A stretch of 63,600 nt of DNA, counting the filler, from Stramenopiles sp. TOSAG23-2 (taxonomy: Eukaryota), in NCBI GenBank assembly GCA_900128395.1. It is 17 parts of 17 records of this genome, joined end to end, with 100 filler letters (N's around TTAATTAATTAA, not from the genome) between each part and the next. Parts side by side here need not be neighbours in the genome. Positions count along the whole stretch, not along the records: positions 19,578 to 23,386 come from LT651090.1; positions 23,487 to 27,294 come from LT651091.1; positions 27,395 to 31,202 come from LT651092.1; positions 31,303 to 35,108 come from LT651093.1; 13 more parts are not named here. One strand, 5' to 3'. Under the pieces are notes generated by a model, which was not told where the DNA came from, searched no databases, and was given only the letters and a program-made list of their open reading frames with translations. Shown one piece after another: positions 21,612 through 32,422 of the stretch (position 1 is the first letter of the stretch; every line of letters starts with the position of its first letter). The position numbers and the translations under genes are program-made.

Positions 21612-22913
21612 TTAACACTGACTCCGTGAACTAGTCAATAAACGACTCCTTCCCCTCTTAGAATTCAATAAACGCCTTCTTCTATCAACTCTACCTAGCG
21701 ATACCCCATTTTCAGTAATATCGACTTCCATGTGTATAGCATATGCTCCATTTTCACACTCTAATCTACCGGTAATTACAGCATTCGAGTATTTATTATT
21801 GTTATGAACTTCCTCCCCTTCGTATCTAAATGGTATTGAATCTCTTTTAGAGCAATCGCAAGTTTCTACCGTTTCTGACATTAATTCGCACAATCTAATA
21901 TGTTTATCCTCTCCAAAACAATTAAATCTGTACAATGTATCCGTCTCGGTGCTTTGAACATATTCGAGCTTTGACAAATCGATGAGATCTGTAACACCAC
22001 TATACTCCAGCAAACGCCTTCTTTTTGCTAGGTGCGGGTGGCCAATGTGTGTCTCATTTTTATTTGACAAATGATGGATTTTTGCATCGAAATGTTCATG
22101 TATTTGGTGCCACTCAATAGGCCAGGATAAAATAGCTTTGTCACCACATTTTTCTAAATGTTTAAAACAAGCATTTTGTCTTCTTTTTTGTTCAGGCCCA
22201 CAAACCATTCCAAAAACGTCTTTCGGTTTAGACGCCTCTGCAAGATCAAGTATTTTTCTTTTCAACTTTATTTTCTGTTTGATCAATAAATTCTTCTCTT
22301 CAGTTAAATCTTTATTCTTCTTTTGTAATTCCTCGATAATTTCTGAAGTTGCTGTACACTTCACTTTATTCAAATTTTTATGCCTATCCCACCAACATGA
22401 TTGCCTTCCATGACCATTTTCACAATCAAACCATCCAACCATAGAGAATGATTCGCCATTAGGGCATGTACATGTACAAGCACCCTTCCGATTATTATTT
22501 GGGTAGGTTTCAACGCTATTCCATGATCCGGCAATTGCTTTTGTTTTCTTACCTCCATGTTTCATAAAACATCTGCGTTTTGATTTCCATCCTTTTGTTG
22601 CATCAACTTTTGTGATAAATTGCTTATTGTGAATTTCACAATGTGTAGTACCAGGCTTGGTTTCAATAGCAGTGCAACCTGGATCACTTAAACAAATCTT
22701 TTTGCAATCCTCTGGTTCTACGTTTTTTTTATCCGGATTCCCAGAACCCCCCCAGCTGGTTCTACATACACCAACATGCTCTTGAAAGTCACTAGTAGTT
22801 GCAATCATGGCTTTTTTCATTGTTACTGCATTGATTTTTGTGCGTAACCTGATACCATATGCACTATTTATTAATACAGCCGAGATGGCTACGAATAATA
22901 CAAGACGATTCAT
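21612..22913 (-). CDS. Secreted Cys-rich protein with a PAN/apple-like module, a coiled coil and RRRLL motifs
   Basis: Signal peptide MNRLVLFVAISAVLINSAYG; EDCKKICLSDPGCTAIE...CEIH; KRRRLL and RRRRLL...RSRLL. Confidence 0.8.
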   Translation of the reverse strand: MNRLVLFVAISAVLINSAYGIRLRTKINAVTMKKAMIATTSDFQEHVGVCRTSWGGSGNPDKKNVEPEDCKKICLSDPGCTAIETKPGTTHCEIHNKQFITKVDATKGWKSKRRCFMKHGGKKTKAIAGSWNSVETYPNNNRKGACTCTCPNGESFSMVGWFDCENGHGRQSCWWDRHKNLNKVKCTATSEIIEELQKKNKDLTEEKNLLIKQKIKLKRKILDLAEASKPKDVFGMVCGPEQKRRQNACFKHLEKCGDKAILSWPIEWHQIHEHFDAKIHHLSNKNETHIGHPHLAKRRRLLEYSGVTDLIDLSKLEYVQSTETDTLYRFNCFGEDKHIRLCELMSETVETCDCSKRDSIPFRYEGEEVHNNNKYSNAVITGRLECENGAYAIHMEVDITENGVSLGRVDRRRRLLNSKRGRSRLLTSSRSQC

Positions 22914-24195
22914 GCTTTCACTTACAATTTCTCTTGAATCGTATGTATATGAATGGTCTATCTACCAACAGTACAGATGTGCAGATGTGTATGTAGATCA
23001 TGTTTGTAGATATATATTCTACCAGTATGCTAATTAATATTTAAAAAGGGTGTTGTTGTACTCGCCACGCCCCTTTTTTTTTCTTCCTTTTGTCCCGCAG
23101 TCGCACCTTTTGTTTACTCTCCTCCTTTTTTTGTACATTTGTGTTTCACAACCCTTAAAAAAGTACATATTTAGCATAAGAATAGTACATAGAGGAAGGT
23201 AAAAAATTAGGTAAGTGATCGATCTGGTAGATTCTAAATGGGGACCATGGACCGAAGCAACAGACCGTAATTTTATCAAAAAATGAATTTCAAAAAAGGA
23301 TTTTGTGATTTCATTTTTTTTAAATAAATAACTTAATAGATATATCATTATACAAAATAAAATCGGATATTTGTATGTTAAAAAAGNNNNNNNNNNNNNN
23401 NNNNNNNNNNNNNNNNNNNNNNNNNNNNNNTTAATTAATTAANNNNNNNNNNNNNNNNNNNNNNNNNNNNNNNNNNNNNNNNNNNNATATCTGTCTGTAT
23501 TGACAGTTCTAGCTAACATAAAACTACCTTCTTTTATTCATCATATATAGTTAATTTATTAAATTTTTTATTTTTTTTTTTATTTTTTATTTTATTATTT
23601 TTATTTCATTTGTCGCAATATATACACAGCATTAAATTATAACACCTGCTATTCCCATATACTAAATCACCAACCTTACGGTTTAAATTTTGAGATCTGC
23701 CGATCTGCCGTCTGCACGTCTCATTTTTAAGGAAGGCGGGCGGGAGAATACTGATTTTTAGGAAGATTTACAAAACTAAAACTAAAACAGGAAAGTTATT
23801 AGGGGTATTTTAATATGGAGTATGAAGAGGGGAAAGGTACTCTGGACACCAGAGATTTTCCTTGCCAGTACCCTGACAAGGAAAACTATAGGGGAAAGGA
23901 GTACCAGAGTACAAAGATCCTAAAATACTATTACCAGGTACTTGAAAAAAAAAAAAAAAAAAAAAAAAGCTGGAAAAAAAAGAAGAGAAAAAGAAGTGAG
24001 GCGTGATATATGCAACATATGCATACAAATCATCCGACAAACTCATTTTGAGTACCCAGAGTACTGCCATAAGAAATTTACTGATATTCCTGATGTAATT
24101 TATCCAGGAAGAGGAGACAATAAAAAATAACTGGTACACAATCCACACAAGTCTCAAAAAGTCGAAATCTTCTTTTTATTAGGATAGTTGTAAAT

Positions 24196-26007
24196 ATGGC
24201 AACTGTAAAGGGAAGAACAAAAGGGACTTTTAATACATTTAACATTGATACAAATAATGACCGGGCAAAAGATACGCTGTCAAATACTTTAAAACAACGT
24301 CGAAATTCAAGAGCTCAATCATCACAGACATTTAATGCAGCAGCAGTTAAGCGTCACGATATGTTCTATTTTCCTACTGAAGGCATTGTCTTTCATATAG
24401 CTATATTGCTTTTTTATGCTGTATGGGCTATACCCTGGCTCGATACGTTATGGATTTGGATTTCATATGTACCACTTGCATTATTTATTGTATTATTGAA
24501 GAGAGGAGTGGTGAAAAATAACGTCAATTTCCTTTCAGATTTAATTCCATTTCGTTGCTACCTGCTCATGGTAGCTGCATTTACAGCTGGTGTGTTGCAA
24601 AAGACCATACGGTTAGCAGCCACAGGGTGTACATTTGTAATGCTTGGTACTTGGCAATCGAATGATGTACGCAGCGAAACTTGCAAGAAACACTGTGCGT
24701 TTTATAATAATTATAGATTTTCAGGCAAAAACTATAGTTTTAATCACACAATATCAAATACGGGATATTTATGCCGTTTAAGATCAGAAGTAGCAATCGG
24801 TGGCCCAGTATCGATTGTGATGCTGATCACAGTGACATTTGTTGGTCTCATCCACATGAAAACAGAAAGCATTACCAAAGCTGCAATAGATGAAATCAAG
24901 TTAATGAAAAAAAAATATCAATATGTTAAAGATATATTGGAAAATCATGTAAGTATTGAACAAGATACTTTTATTCATGAAGATAAACCTTCTATATTTG
25001 TTCATTTACTTGGAAGTGGGTTAGGTATAACTGCAAGTGTTGGAATGCTTATGGATGCATTTGTAAGTGGAAAGATGGGTGTTGCAGAAATAACTCACAT
25101 AATATTAGGCACAGTAGCCAACATTTGCATTGGACAAATGTTATATATTCTTCTATTTTGGCGTATAAATACTATGTATAACAGGATTTGTAAGCAAATG
25201 AAAAATCTAACAAAATTGATAACAAATGAAATACCAAGTAAGTTAATAAGCCCTCTGGGCTCTATTCTTGGGCAAGAGGAGCCGTTAATTGCCAATGCAA
25301 AGCAATTGAAGGCATGGACAATTGTAAGAGAGTTATTGCTTGGTGTCATTCAACCAATATATCGTTACGCAGCCGTTTCTTTTACAATAATGGTCATTGG
25401 CTGGATATTCGTATTTACAATGGTATTTATACTGTTAACTTTAAAATACTTTGATGCGGCAAATTCTACTTCACCTTTAGAAACATTAACAACCAACAGT
25501 AACAATGTCCCGGTATTTTTTTGTGTCGGAGTTTGTTTTACATGTTGGGTGCTTCATGCATTTTTTAAAATTTATCAAATAGGAACGGAGCAGGATCTGC
25601 ATTCAATAAGTTTGCGAAAAAGTATATTCGCCGTAAAATTGACCAGAAAAGATGGCGTACCAAAAGGTGGAGAAAACAGTTTGAACTTTGCAGAATTATG
25701 TGCAGATCATTTAGAAAAATACGATTCTTACCCACGTGCATTATTTTCTATGCAAATACCGCCAAAGACGTTTTATGCAGTGGCTGGCTATATTGTTACA
25801 GCGCTTGCAAGTCTTTTAGCTATGCAGTCAAACATTGACGCAACAGTCAGCAGCAGAATCAATGTATTCAATGGGATACTGATGATTGTTGCCTCTATTT
25901 CCTATATAGTTTGTCATAGGTGTTTTGTTGGTAAAGGGGAAGATCCAGAAGAAGATGACTATAGATGGTCAATGTCTATGCCCTCACAGTTGTTTAGAAC
26001 TGTTTGA
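24196..26007 (+). CDS. Multi-pass membrane protein (~10 TM), family uncertain
   Basis: 603-aa intronless ORF with many hydrophobic segments and a Cys-containing loop bearing N-glycosylation sequons (NYS, NHT). Confidence 0.8.
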   Translation: MATVKGRTKGTFNTFNIDTNNDRAKDTLSNTLKQRRNSRAQSSQTFNAAAVKRHDMFYFPTEGIVFHIAILLFYAVWAIPWLDTLWIWISYVPLALFIVLLKRGVVKNNVNFLSDLIPFRCYLLMVAAFTAGVLQKTIRLAATGCTFVMLGTWQSNDVRSETCKKHCAFYNNYRFSGKNYSFNHTISNTGYLCRLRSEVAIGGPVSIVMLITVTFVGLIHMKTESITKAAIDEIKLMKKKYQYVKDILENHVSIEQDTFIHEDKPSIFVHLLGSGLGITASVGMLMDAFVSGKMGVAEITHIILGTVANICIGQMLYILLFWRINTMYNRICKQMKNLTKLITNEIPSKLISPLGSILGQEEPLIANAKQLKAWTIVRELLLGVIQPIYRYAAVSFTIMVIGWIFVFTMVFILLTLKYFDAANSTSPLETLTTNSNNVPVFFCVGVCFTCWVLHAFFKIYQIGTEQDLHSISLRKSIFAVKLTRKDGVPKGGENSLNFAELCADHLEKYDSYPRALFSMQIPPKTFYAVAGYIVTALASLLAMQSNIDATVSSRINVFNGILMIVASISYIVCHRCFVGKGEDPEEDDYRWSMSMPSQLFRTV

Positions 26008-26472
26008 GAAACAGACAACCACAATTATACAATAGTATGATATATATATATATTAATTTTCTTTTTTTTTTAAATTAAAAAAAATACAAAGCAACTCGTT
26101 CTAAATTTCATGCAACATATTCAAAATTAATTTCTGCAGATCGGGGACTTGTAAGTAAATAACAGATTATTGTACAACAACGGAGGGAGAGTTCCCAGAG
26201 TTGGGAGATATTATTAATCCGGCGGAGGATGATGATCCTTAAAATATTTACAAGTATTTGAAGTAATGCTATTTATATGCTAACCTAAATAACACAATCA
26301 TTAAATTATTCAGTGAACCTATTCGTAGTATACACACTAAGTATATTATAAAATCTGGTACCATAAGAATGTTTTTTTGGGACATTTCGCAACTTTCCCA
26401 ACAATTTAAATTCTTCTTCCTCAGCCCTAAGCAGCCATTTTCCACCATCGAATCCCAACTACTTATTATTTC

Positions 26473-26640
26473 ATATATGCCTGATATAATTTTTAGTGTG
26501 CCGGCCAGTCGTAAATTTTCGGTACAAATTTGTTGGTATACTTAAGGAATAGATAGCTAATATAGTGGTTTAAGTATAATAAAAAATTGTACCACAAATT
26601 TACGACTGGCCGGCACAATAAAAATTATATCGGGATATAT
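26473..26640. repeat. ~165-nt hairpin-forming inverted repeat (MITE-like)
   Basis: GATATAATTTT.AGTGTGCCGGCCAGTCGTAAATTT..GGTACAA...TATACTTAA mirrored by TTAAGTATA...TTGTACC.CAAATTTACGACTGGCCGGCACA.TAAAAATTATATC. Confidence 0.85.
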
Positions 26641-26760
26641 ATTGATAGAAAGCTTCATCTCGGAGAGCACAATTACATCAATAGTAAATACAAAAGAGAT
26701 ATTCATATATATATATATAGATATATTTATACACAACACGCTAACACATAAGTTTGCACG

Positions 26761-27294
26761 ATGTCGACGACGATGAGCGATCCAAAGGCAGAAATGGATA
26801 GTGGTAAAAAAAAACGTAAAAGAAAACGTACGAGAAAAAATAAAAAAAAAATGGAAGAGGAACATGGTAGTGGAGATACTATTGAATCAAATGAACATAA
26901 TATTAATATTACCTCTACGACCATATACGTCGAAGGTATATCATATGATGCATCGGAAGAAGATTTAGAGAGTCATTTTCACTCGGTATGTAATAATATT
27001 AAAGAAATACGAATGCCGCGTTGGCAAGATTCTGGTAAACCACGTGGTTATGCACATATAGATTTTAATACGGTAGAGGAAACACAAGCTGCACTTAAAT
27101 TAAATGGAAGTGATTTGCTTGGTAGGTATTTAAAAATAGCTGTAGCTAACGATCGACGTAAAATCAATACTGTTGGCCCACGTCCAAAAGGTTGTAAAAC
27201 CATTTTTGTAAAAAATTTGCCATATGATGTAAAAGAAGAGGATTTTAATCGTTGTATTTTCTCTTTCAATTGCTGTTGCTCCGTGATCAAGTGT
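26761..27294 (+). CDS. Nucleolin/Nsr1-like RRM protein, truncated
   Basis: RNP2 IYVEGI, RNP1 RGYAHIDF, start of a second RRM TIFVKNLPYD; basic N-terminus. Confidence 0.85.
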
Positions 27295-27906
27295 NNNNNN
27301 NNNNNNNNNNNNNNNNNNNNNNNNNNNNNNNNNNNNNNTTAATTAATTAANNNNNNNNNNNNNNNNNNNNNNNNNNNNNNNNNNNNNNNNNNNNCTTTTG
27401 AATACTAAATAATTTTTACTAAAATTTATAAATCATTTTTGATTTGAGATGTTAATAAACGGGAGTAAAAGAATTTTATATAAAATATGAGTAAGAGAAA
27501 AACACATATATATATGAAGATTTACTTAAGTATAGATAAGAATAAAAAATTAAAATACGCGCGTGCATTTATATTTTAATTATTATAATACGGTATATTC
27601 GTATATATATATTATACCAGCGCGTTCAACGAGTGCGCACGGAAGGATAGAAACCTACTTGTGCTTGTAGAGTACGATCGTATTAGTTTGCAGAGGGTGC
27701 ATTAGAGCTCTTACTCATATACGTAGTAGGATAGCATATTATTCTTGCGATTGAGTATTGAGCATATTACTTAACACAAGAAGTGTAAAATTAATTATAA
27801 CTTAGATTTTTTAACCACATCATTTATATTACGTATATATATATTTGAAGATTTACTACTACTACTACCACCACCACCACACACACTCCTCTCTCTCTCT
27901 CTCTCT

Positions 27907-28656
27907 CTACAAATGAAATTTTTGCGTCACGCCATTTAATCGATCACATGCAGCACGCATCATATCGATGCATATTCTTAATTTAGTCGCTATAGGCCTT
28001 GTAGCTGGAGCACCCCATTCATTGCTTTGCCGATGAATTAATTTATTTTGTTTTCCACCGACGCTAGCTTTTAAATATGCTAAATACGTTGGCAATTTAA
28101 TGACGCGCATGGTAGCCATTCGTTGTAAATCTTCATTGGATGGCAAATTTTTCAATTGTGATAAACGTGTTAATGATTCTAAAAAATCAAAAAAAGACAT
28201 GAACCATATTTTATTACGGTTTGAAACTTCATCGATCACCCGTGTCTTTGACCATACAAATGCAAGCTTCGCCTCACGTTGTGTAAAATCTGAATTTAAA
28301 AAATCCATATCCCGCAGCATTGTAATATATTCTTTCACGATCATACCACGATCTGCATCGCGGCAATACCCTTTGAAAATCTTTTTTAAAAATCCTATAT
28401 TGTCCCTTAGAACATCATCCGTTTCTTCTTGATACACATGACTTTTTCGAAATTTTGTCGCATCATCACCACGATCTGCATCGCGGCAATACCCTTTGAA
28501 AATCTTTTTTAAAAATCCTATATTGTCCCTTAGAACATCATCCGTTTCTTCTTGATACACATGACTTTTTCGAAATTTTGTCGCATCATCAATTAAAGCA
28601 TTGCATGATCCTGTGTTAATAAATTCGTTGATTGGTTGGTGTTGGTTGATTACGAA

Positions 28657-28690
<34 letters not shown>

Positions 28691-30203
28691 GTTTGTGTGT
28701 TAGTTTGTGTGTATTTATAGTCATGCAGGGTAGTCGTAAAAATCCTGCACCGTGTTAAAATCCTGCACCGTGTTAAAATCCTGCACCATGTTTGTTGTCG
28801 TAAAAATCCTGCACCGTGTTTGTTGTCGTATTGTATTGTCAATATTGTCAATATTGCCGTAATGTCAGTTTGTCGTATTGTCAATACACTACGCTCCACA
28901 AACACGGTGCGGGATTTTTAAACTCCTGCATGGTGTTTGTCGTATTGTATTGTCAATATTGTCACTATTATCACTATTGTAGTAATGGTCAATATTGTCT
29001 TATATTGTCAATACGCTACGCTCCACAAACACGGTGCGGGATTTTTAAAATCCTGCACCGTGTTTGTTGTCGTATTGTATTGTCAATATTGTCGTATTAC
29101 CAATACGCTACGCTCCACAAACACGGTGCAAGATTTTACTCCACAAACAGGTGCAGGATTCTACTCCACAAACACGGTGCAAGATTTTTAAAATCCTGCA
29201 TGGTGTTTGTTGTCGTATTGTATTGTCAATATTGTCGTATTACCAATACGCTACGCTCCACAAACACGGTGCAAGATTTTACTCCACAAACAGGTGCAGG
29301 ATTCTACTCCACAAACACGGTGCAAGATTTTTAAAATCCTGCATGGTGTTTGTTGTCGTATTGTATTGTCAATATTGTCGTATTACCAATACGCTACGCT
29401 CCACAAACACGGTGCAAGATTTTACTCCACAAACAGGTGCAGGATTCTACTCCACAAACACGGTGCAAGATTTTTAAAATCCTGCATGGTGTTTGTTGTC
29501 GTATTGTATTGTCAATATTGTCGTATTACCAATACGCTACGCTACACAAACACGGTGCAGGTAACGGATTTTACTCCACAAACACGGTGCAGGATGTTCA
29601 CACAGTGCAGGATTTTACTCCACAAACACGGTGCAGGATTTGACACAGTGCAGGTAACGGATTTTACTCCACAAACACGGTGCAGGATTTTACTCCACAA
29701 ACACGGTGCAGGTAACGGATTTTATTTAACTCACCCTCCCCTTTATTGGGTGCAAAATGCTCTGCCATCAATTTACGAACGGCAACGATGACATCTGTCA
29801 TTTCCCCACTTTCAATATATTTCGCAATTGATATACGAATAAAAATCTCAATGAATTCAAAGCGCATTAATGAAGAATCATCATTCGCTTCTGCAGTCGC
29901 ATCGTCTTGATCATCTTCACGATTAGTTGCAATGAAGACACGATCCAATGCTGCTCGATTACATGTCACGCTATTTTTATCTGGTATACCGCAATCGTCT
30001 AATAAATCCGTAAATTGATTCAGTTGAATTTGAGTGATATCAGAACCGCTACCCATCACGGCATAAAAATCAAAGGTATTGTATATATGAGCTCTATGTG
30101 CCATCAATTCATCCAATATATGATTTAACATGTCTCGTGTCTTCTGTTCATCACCGAAATATTCACCATCTTTATGACGCCTTGCAATAAAATTGCGTAC
30201 AAC
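27907..30203 (-). CDS. Conserved protein with degenerate EF-hand-like helical repeats; exons 30203-29735 and 28610-27907; 5' part missing
   Basis: Acceptor ...AACGCAG (30206-30204), donor GTGAGT (29734), acceptor TTAACACAG (28611); the spliced product reads in frame NKGEG-SCNALIDD; motifs LMRFEFIEIFIRISIAKY and FFDFLESLTRL. Confidence 0.8.
28737..29724. repeat. Intronic tandem array: ~143-bp units built from CTCCACAAACACGGTGCAGGATTTT in both orientations
   Basis: Units start at 29047, 29190, 29333, 29476; near-perfect palindrome at 29025-29067. Confidence 0.92.
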
Positions 30204-30418
30204 CTGCGTTGTTGTTGTTTGTTATTATTTGTTGTTGTTGTTTTCGTTTGTTTTAATTATATTTCATACATATTTATTTATATATATATATATATAGATA
30301 GATGATGATTATTTGTGTTAGTTTGAAGAAAAAATATAATATACATGTATAAGATTGTAGGACAGACATGTTATATATATATGTATAAGTAGAGTGGTAG
30401 GATTGTAGAGATGATATA

Positions 30419-31202
30419 TAGTTTGTCGAGGGAGGAGGAGGAGCGCAGTTTGTTGTCGAGGGAGGAGGAGGAGGAGCGCAGTTTGTTGTCGAGGGAGGAG
30501 GAGCGCAGTTTGTTGTCGTGTTGTTTGTGGTCGTGTCGTATTGTCAATACGCTAACATAGTCCAGGCAATACACAAAACATAGTGCAGGTACACATAGTG
30601 CAGGCAATACACAAAACATAGTGCAGGTACATATAGTGCAGGCAATACACAAAACATAGTGCAGGATTTGCCGCTCCACAAACATAGTGCAGGTACACAT
30701 AGTGCAGGTACACATAGTGCAGGTACACATAGTGCAGGCACACATAGTGCAGGTACACATAGTTCGGGTAAACATAGTGCAGGTACACATAGTTCGGGTA
30801 AACATAGTGCAGGATTTGCCGCTCCACAAACACGGTGCAGGATTTGCCGCTCCACAAACACGTGTGCAGGATTTTAGCAGGATTATCACTCCACAAACAC
30901 GGTGCAGGATTTTAGTGTGTGGGTGTGTACATATATATAAGTAGTGTGGAGATGTATGCATGTGTGCGTGTGCGTATGAATGTTGAGGTTGTTGTATAGT
31001 TAAATACGCTAACGCCTCCAAAAACACGGTGCATGATTGTACACGGTGCAGGATTATCACTCCACAAACACGGTGCAGGATTATCAGTGCAGGATTATCA
31101 GTGCAGGTACACACGGTGCAGGATTTTAGCAGGATTTTAGTGTGTGGGTGTGGGTGTGTACATATATATAAGTAGTGTGGAGATGTATGCATGTGTGCGT
31201 GT
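30419..31202. repeat. Second intronic repeat array with the same CACGGTGCAGGAT core, plus 15-mer ACATAGTGCAGGTAC and GAGGGAGGAGGAGCGCAGTTTGTTGTC repeats
   Basis: Tandem copies are directly visible; the array lies upstream (minus strand) of the acceptor at 30204. Confidence 0.9.
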
Positions 31203-31302
31203 NNNNNNNNNNNNNNNNNNNNNNNNNNNNNNNNNNNNNNNNNNNNTTAATTAATTAANNNNNNNNNNNNNNNNNNNNNNNNNNNNNNNNNNNNNNNNNN
31301 NN

Positions 31303-32279
31303 GTAATTCAGTGTTTAATCATCTCACACAAAAAGCATCATTTCCATTGTATAAAAAAGCGATTATTGAATCTGGCGTTTATAACGAGGGAGCATTTTCA
31401 TTTCAACATTCAAATACAGAGTATATAAAAGCGAAGGAGACGACATTATGTCCAACACTTGATTGTATGCTAAGTAGGACTTCAAAAGAATTATTAGATG
31501 CAAGTGGTGCAATGGCAGCTGCTGGTTTTTCAGGATGGGGTCCAGTCGTCGATGGAGTATCTCTTAGTGATACTCCAGAAAATTTAATAACAAATAATAA
31601 TTATAACAATAAAGTCCCAATAATTATAGGTAGTAACAGAGATGAGCTAGCCTTTTTCACAATAAAAGGTGTGAAAAATAATTTAAATGAAGCAGAACTG
31701 AATACAATACTTGACGCAAAAAACATCAAAGGAGCAAAACAAGAAGAAATGAAAGAGTTGTATTCACGTGAAAATTATACATATCCAAAAAAATTAGGCA
31801 AATTTAGTTTCTATTGGTGGCAGGCAACTCGGATAGGTACTGATTTTGTGCCTGGCCTTGGAGCATGTGGTGTGCGTAATATTGCAAAAAAATTAGTAAA
31901 AGGCAAATCACCAAAAGTATTTTCATATTTATTTGCACATCCAACACAAAGTGCGAATGATAAATTGCCAGGATGTGGACCAAATGCAACAACAGTTGGA
32001 CATGCAACTGAGATTGTATATGTCTATAATGATGTAATGTTACTACAGAAAGGCGAAGAAGCTGATTTAGCATCATCAATGTCATTGTATTGGATTACTT
32101 TTGCAAAAACTGGAAATCCAAACAATGCTCAATATTTACCTGCAAATTGGCCTTTGTATACAGTTGAAAATGATGAAGTATTACGTTTTGATACAAAAAG
32201 TGATCGTGGAGTTCATATTCAAAGTGGATTGAGGAAAAAACAATGTGATTTTCAAGAAATGAATCGATTTCGTATTTAA
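31303..32279 (+). CDS. Type-B carboxylesterase (alpha/beta hydrolase), 5' truncated
   Basis: AIIESG, WGPVVDG, IIGSNRDE (catalytic Glu), GHATEI (catalytic His), YWITFAKTGNPN, WPLY. Confidence 0.92.
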
Positions 32280-32422
32280 AAAATATTAAAGAAGTGTTGT
32301 AAAATTAATATTTTATTTATCAAATGCATCATATCATATTTAAAAAACTCTGAAAAATCAAAATACTTCCACATATCATAAAATATAAATGCATATATAT
32401 AGCGATATTTACGTAAAATCTC

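Noticed and set aside
23815-24130. Short ORFs around a long poly-A run upstream of the membrane protein gene
   Set aside because: No recognisable domain, and the frames depend on homopolymer length; cannot be supported as a gene or retrocopy
27245-27294. Cys-rich end of the RRM protein (NRCIFSFNCCCSVIKC)
   Set aside because: RRM2 similarity is lost abruptly at the contig end; probably a chimeric or misassembled tip rather than a real domain
28737-29724. CRISPR-like array (palindromic repeats with spacers)
   Set aside because: Most spacers are identical copies rather than unique, no cas genes are present, and the array lies inside a spliceosomal intron
28816-31192. Cys-rich ORFs in the track (28816-29791 on +, 30371-31192 on -)
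   Set aside because: They are translations of intronic tandem repeats, open in several frames on both strands
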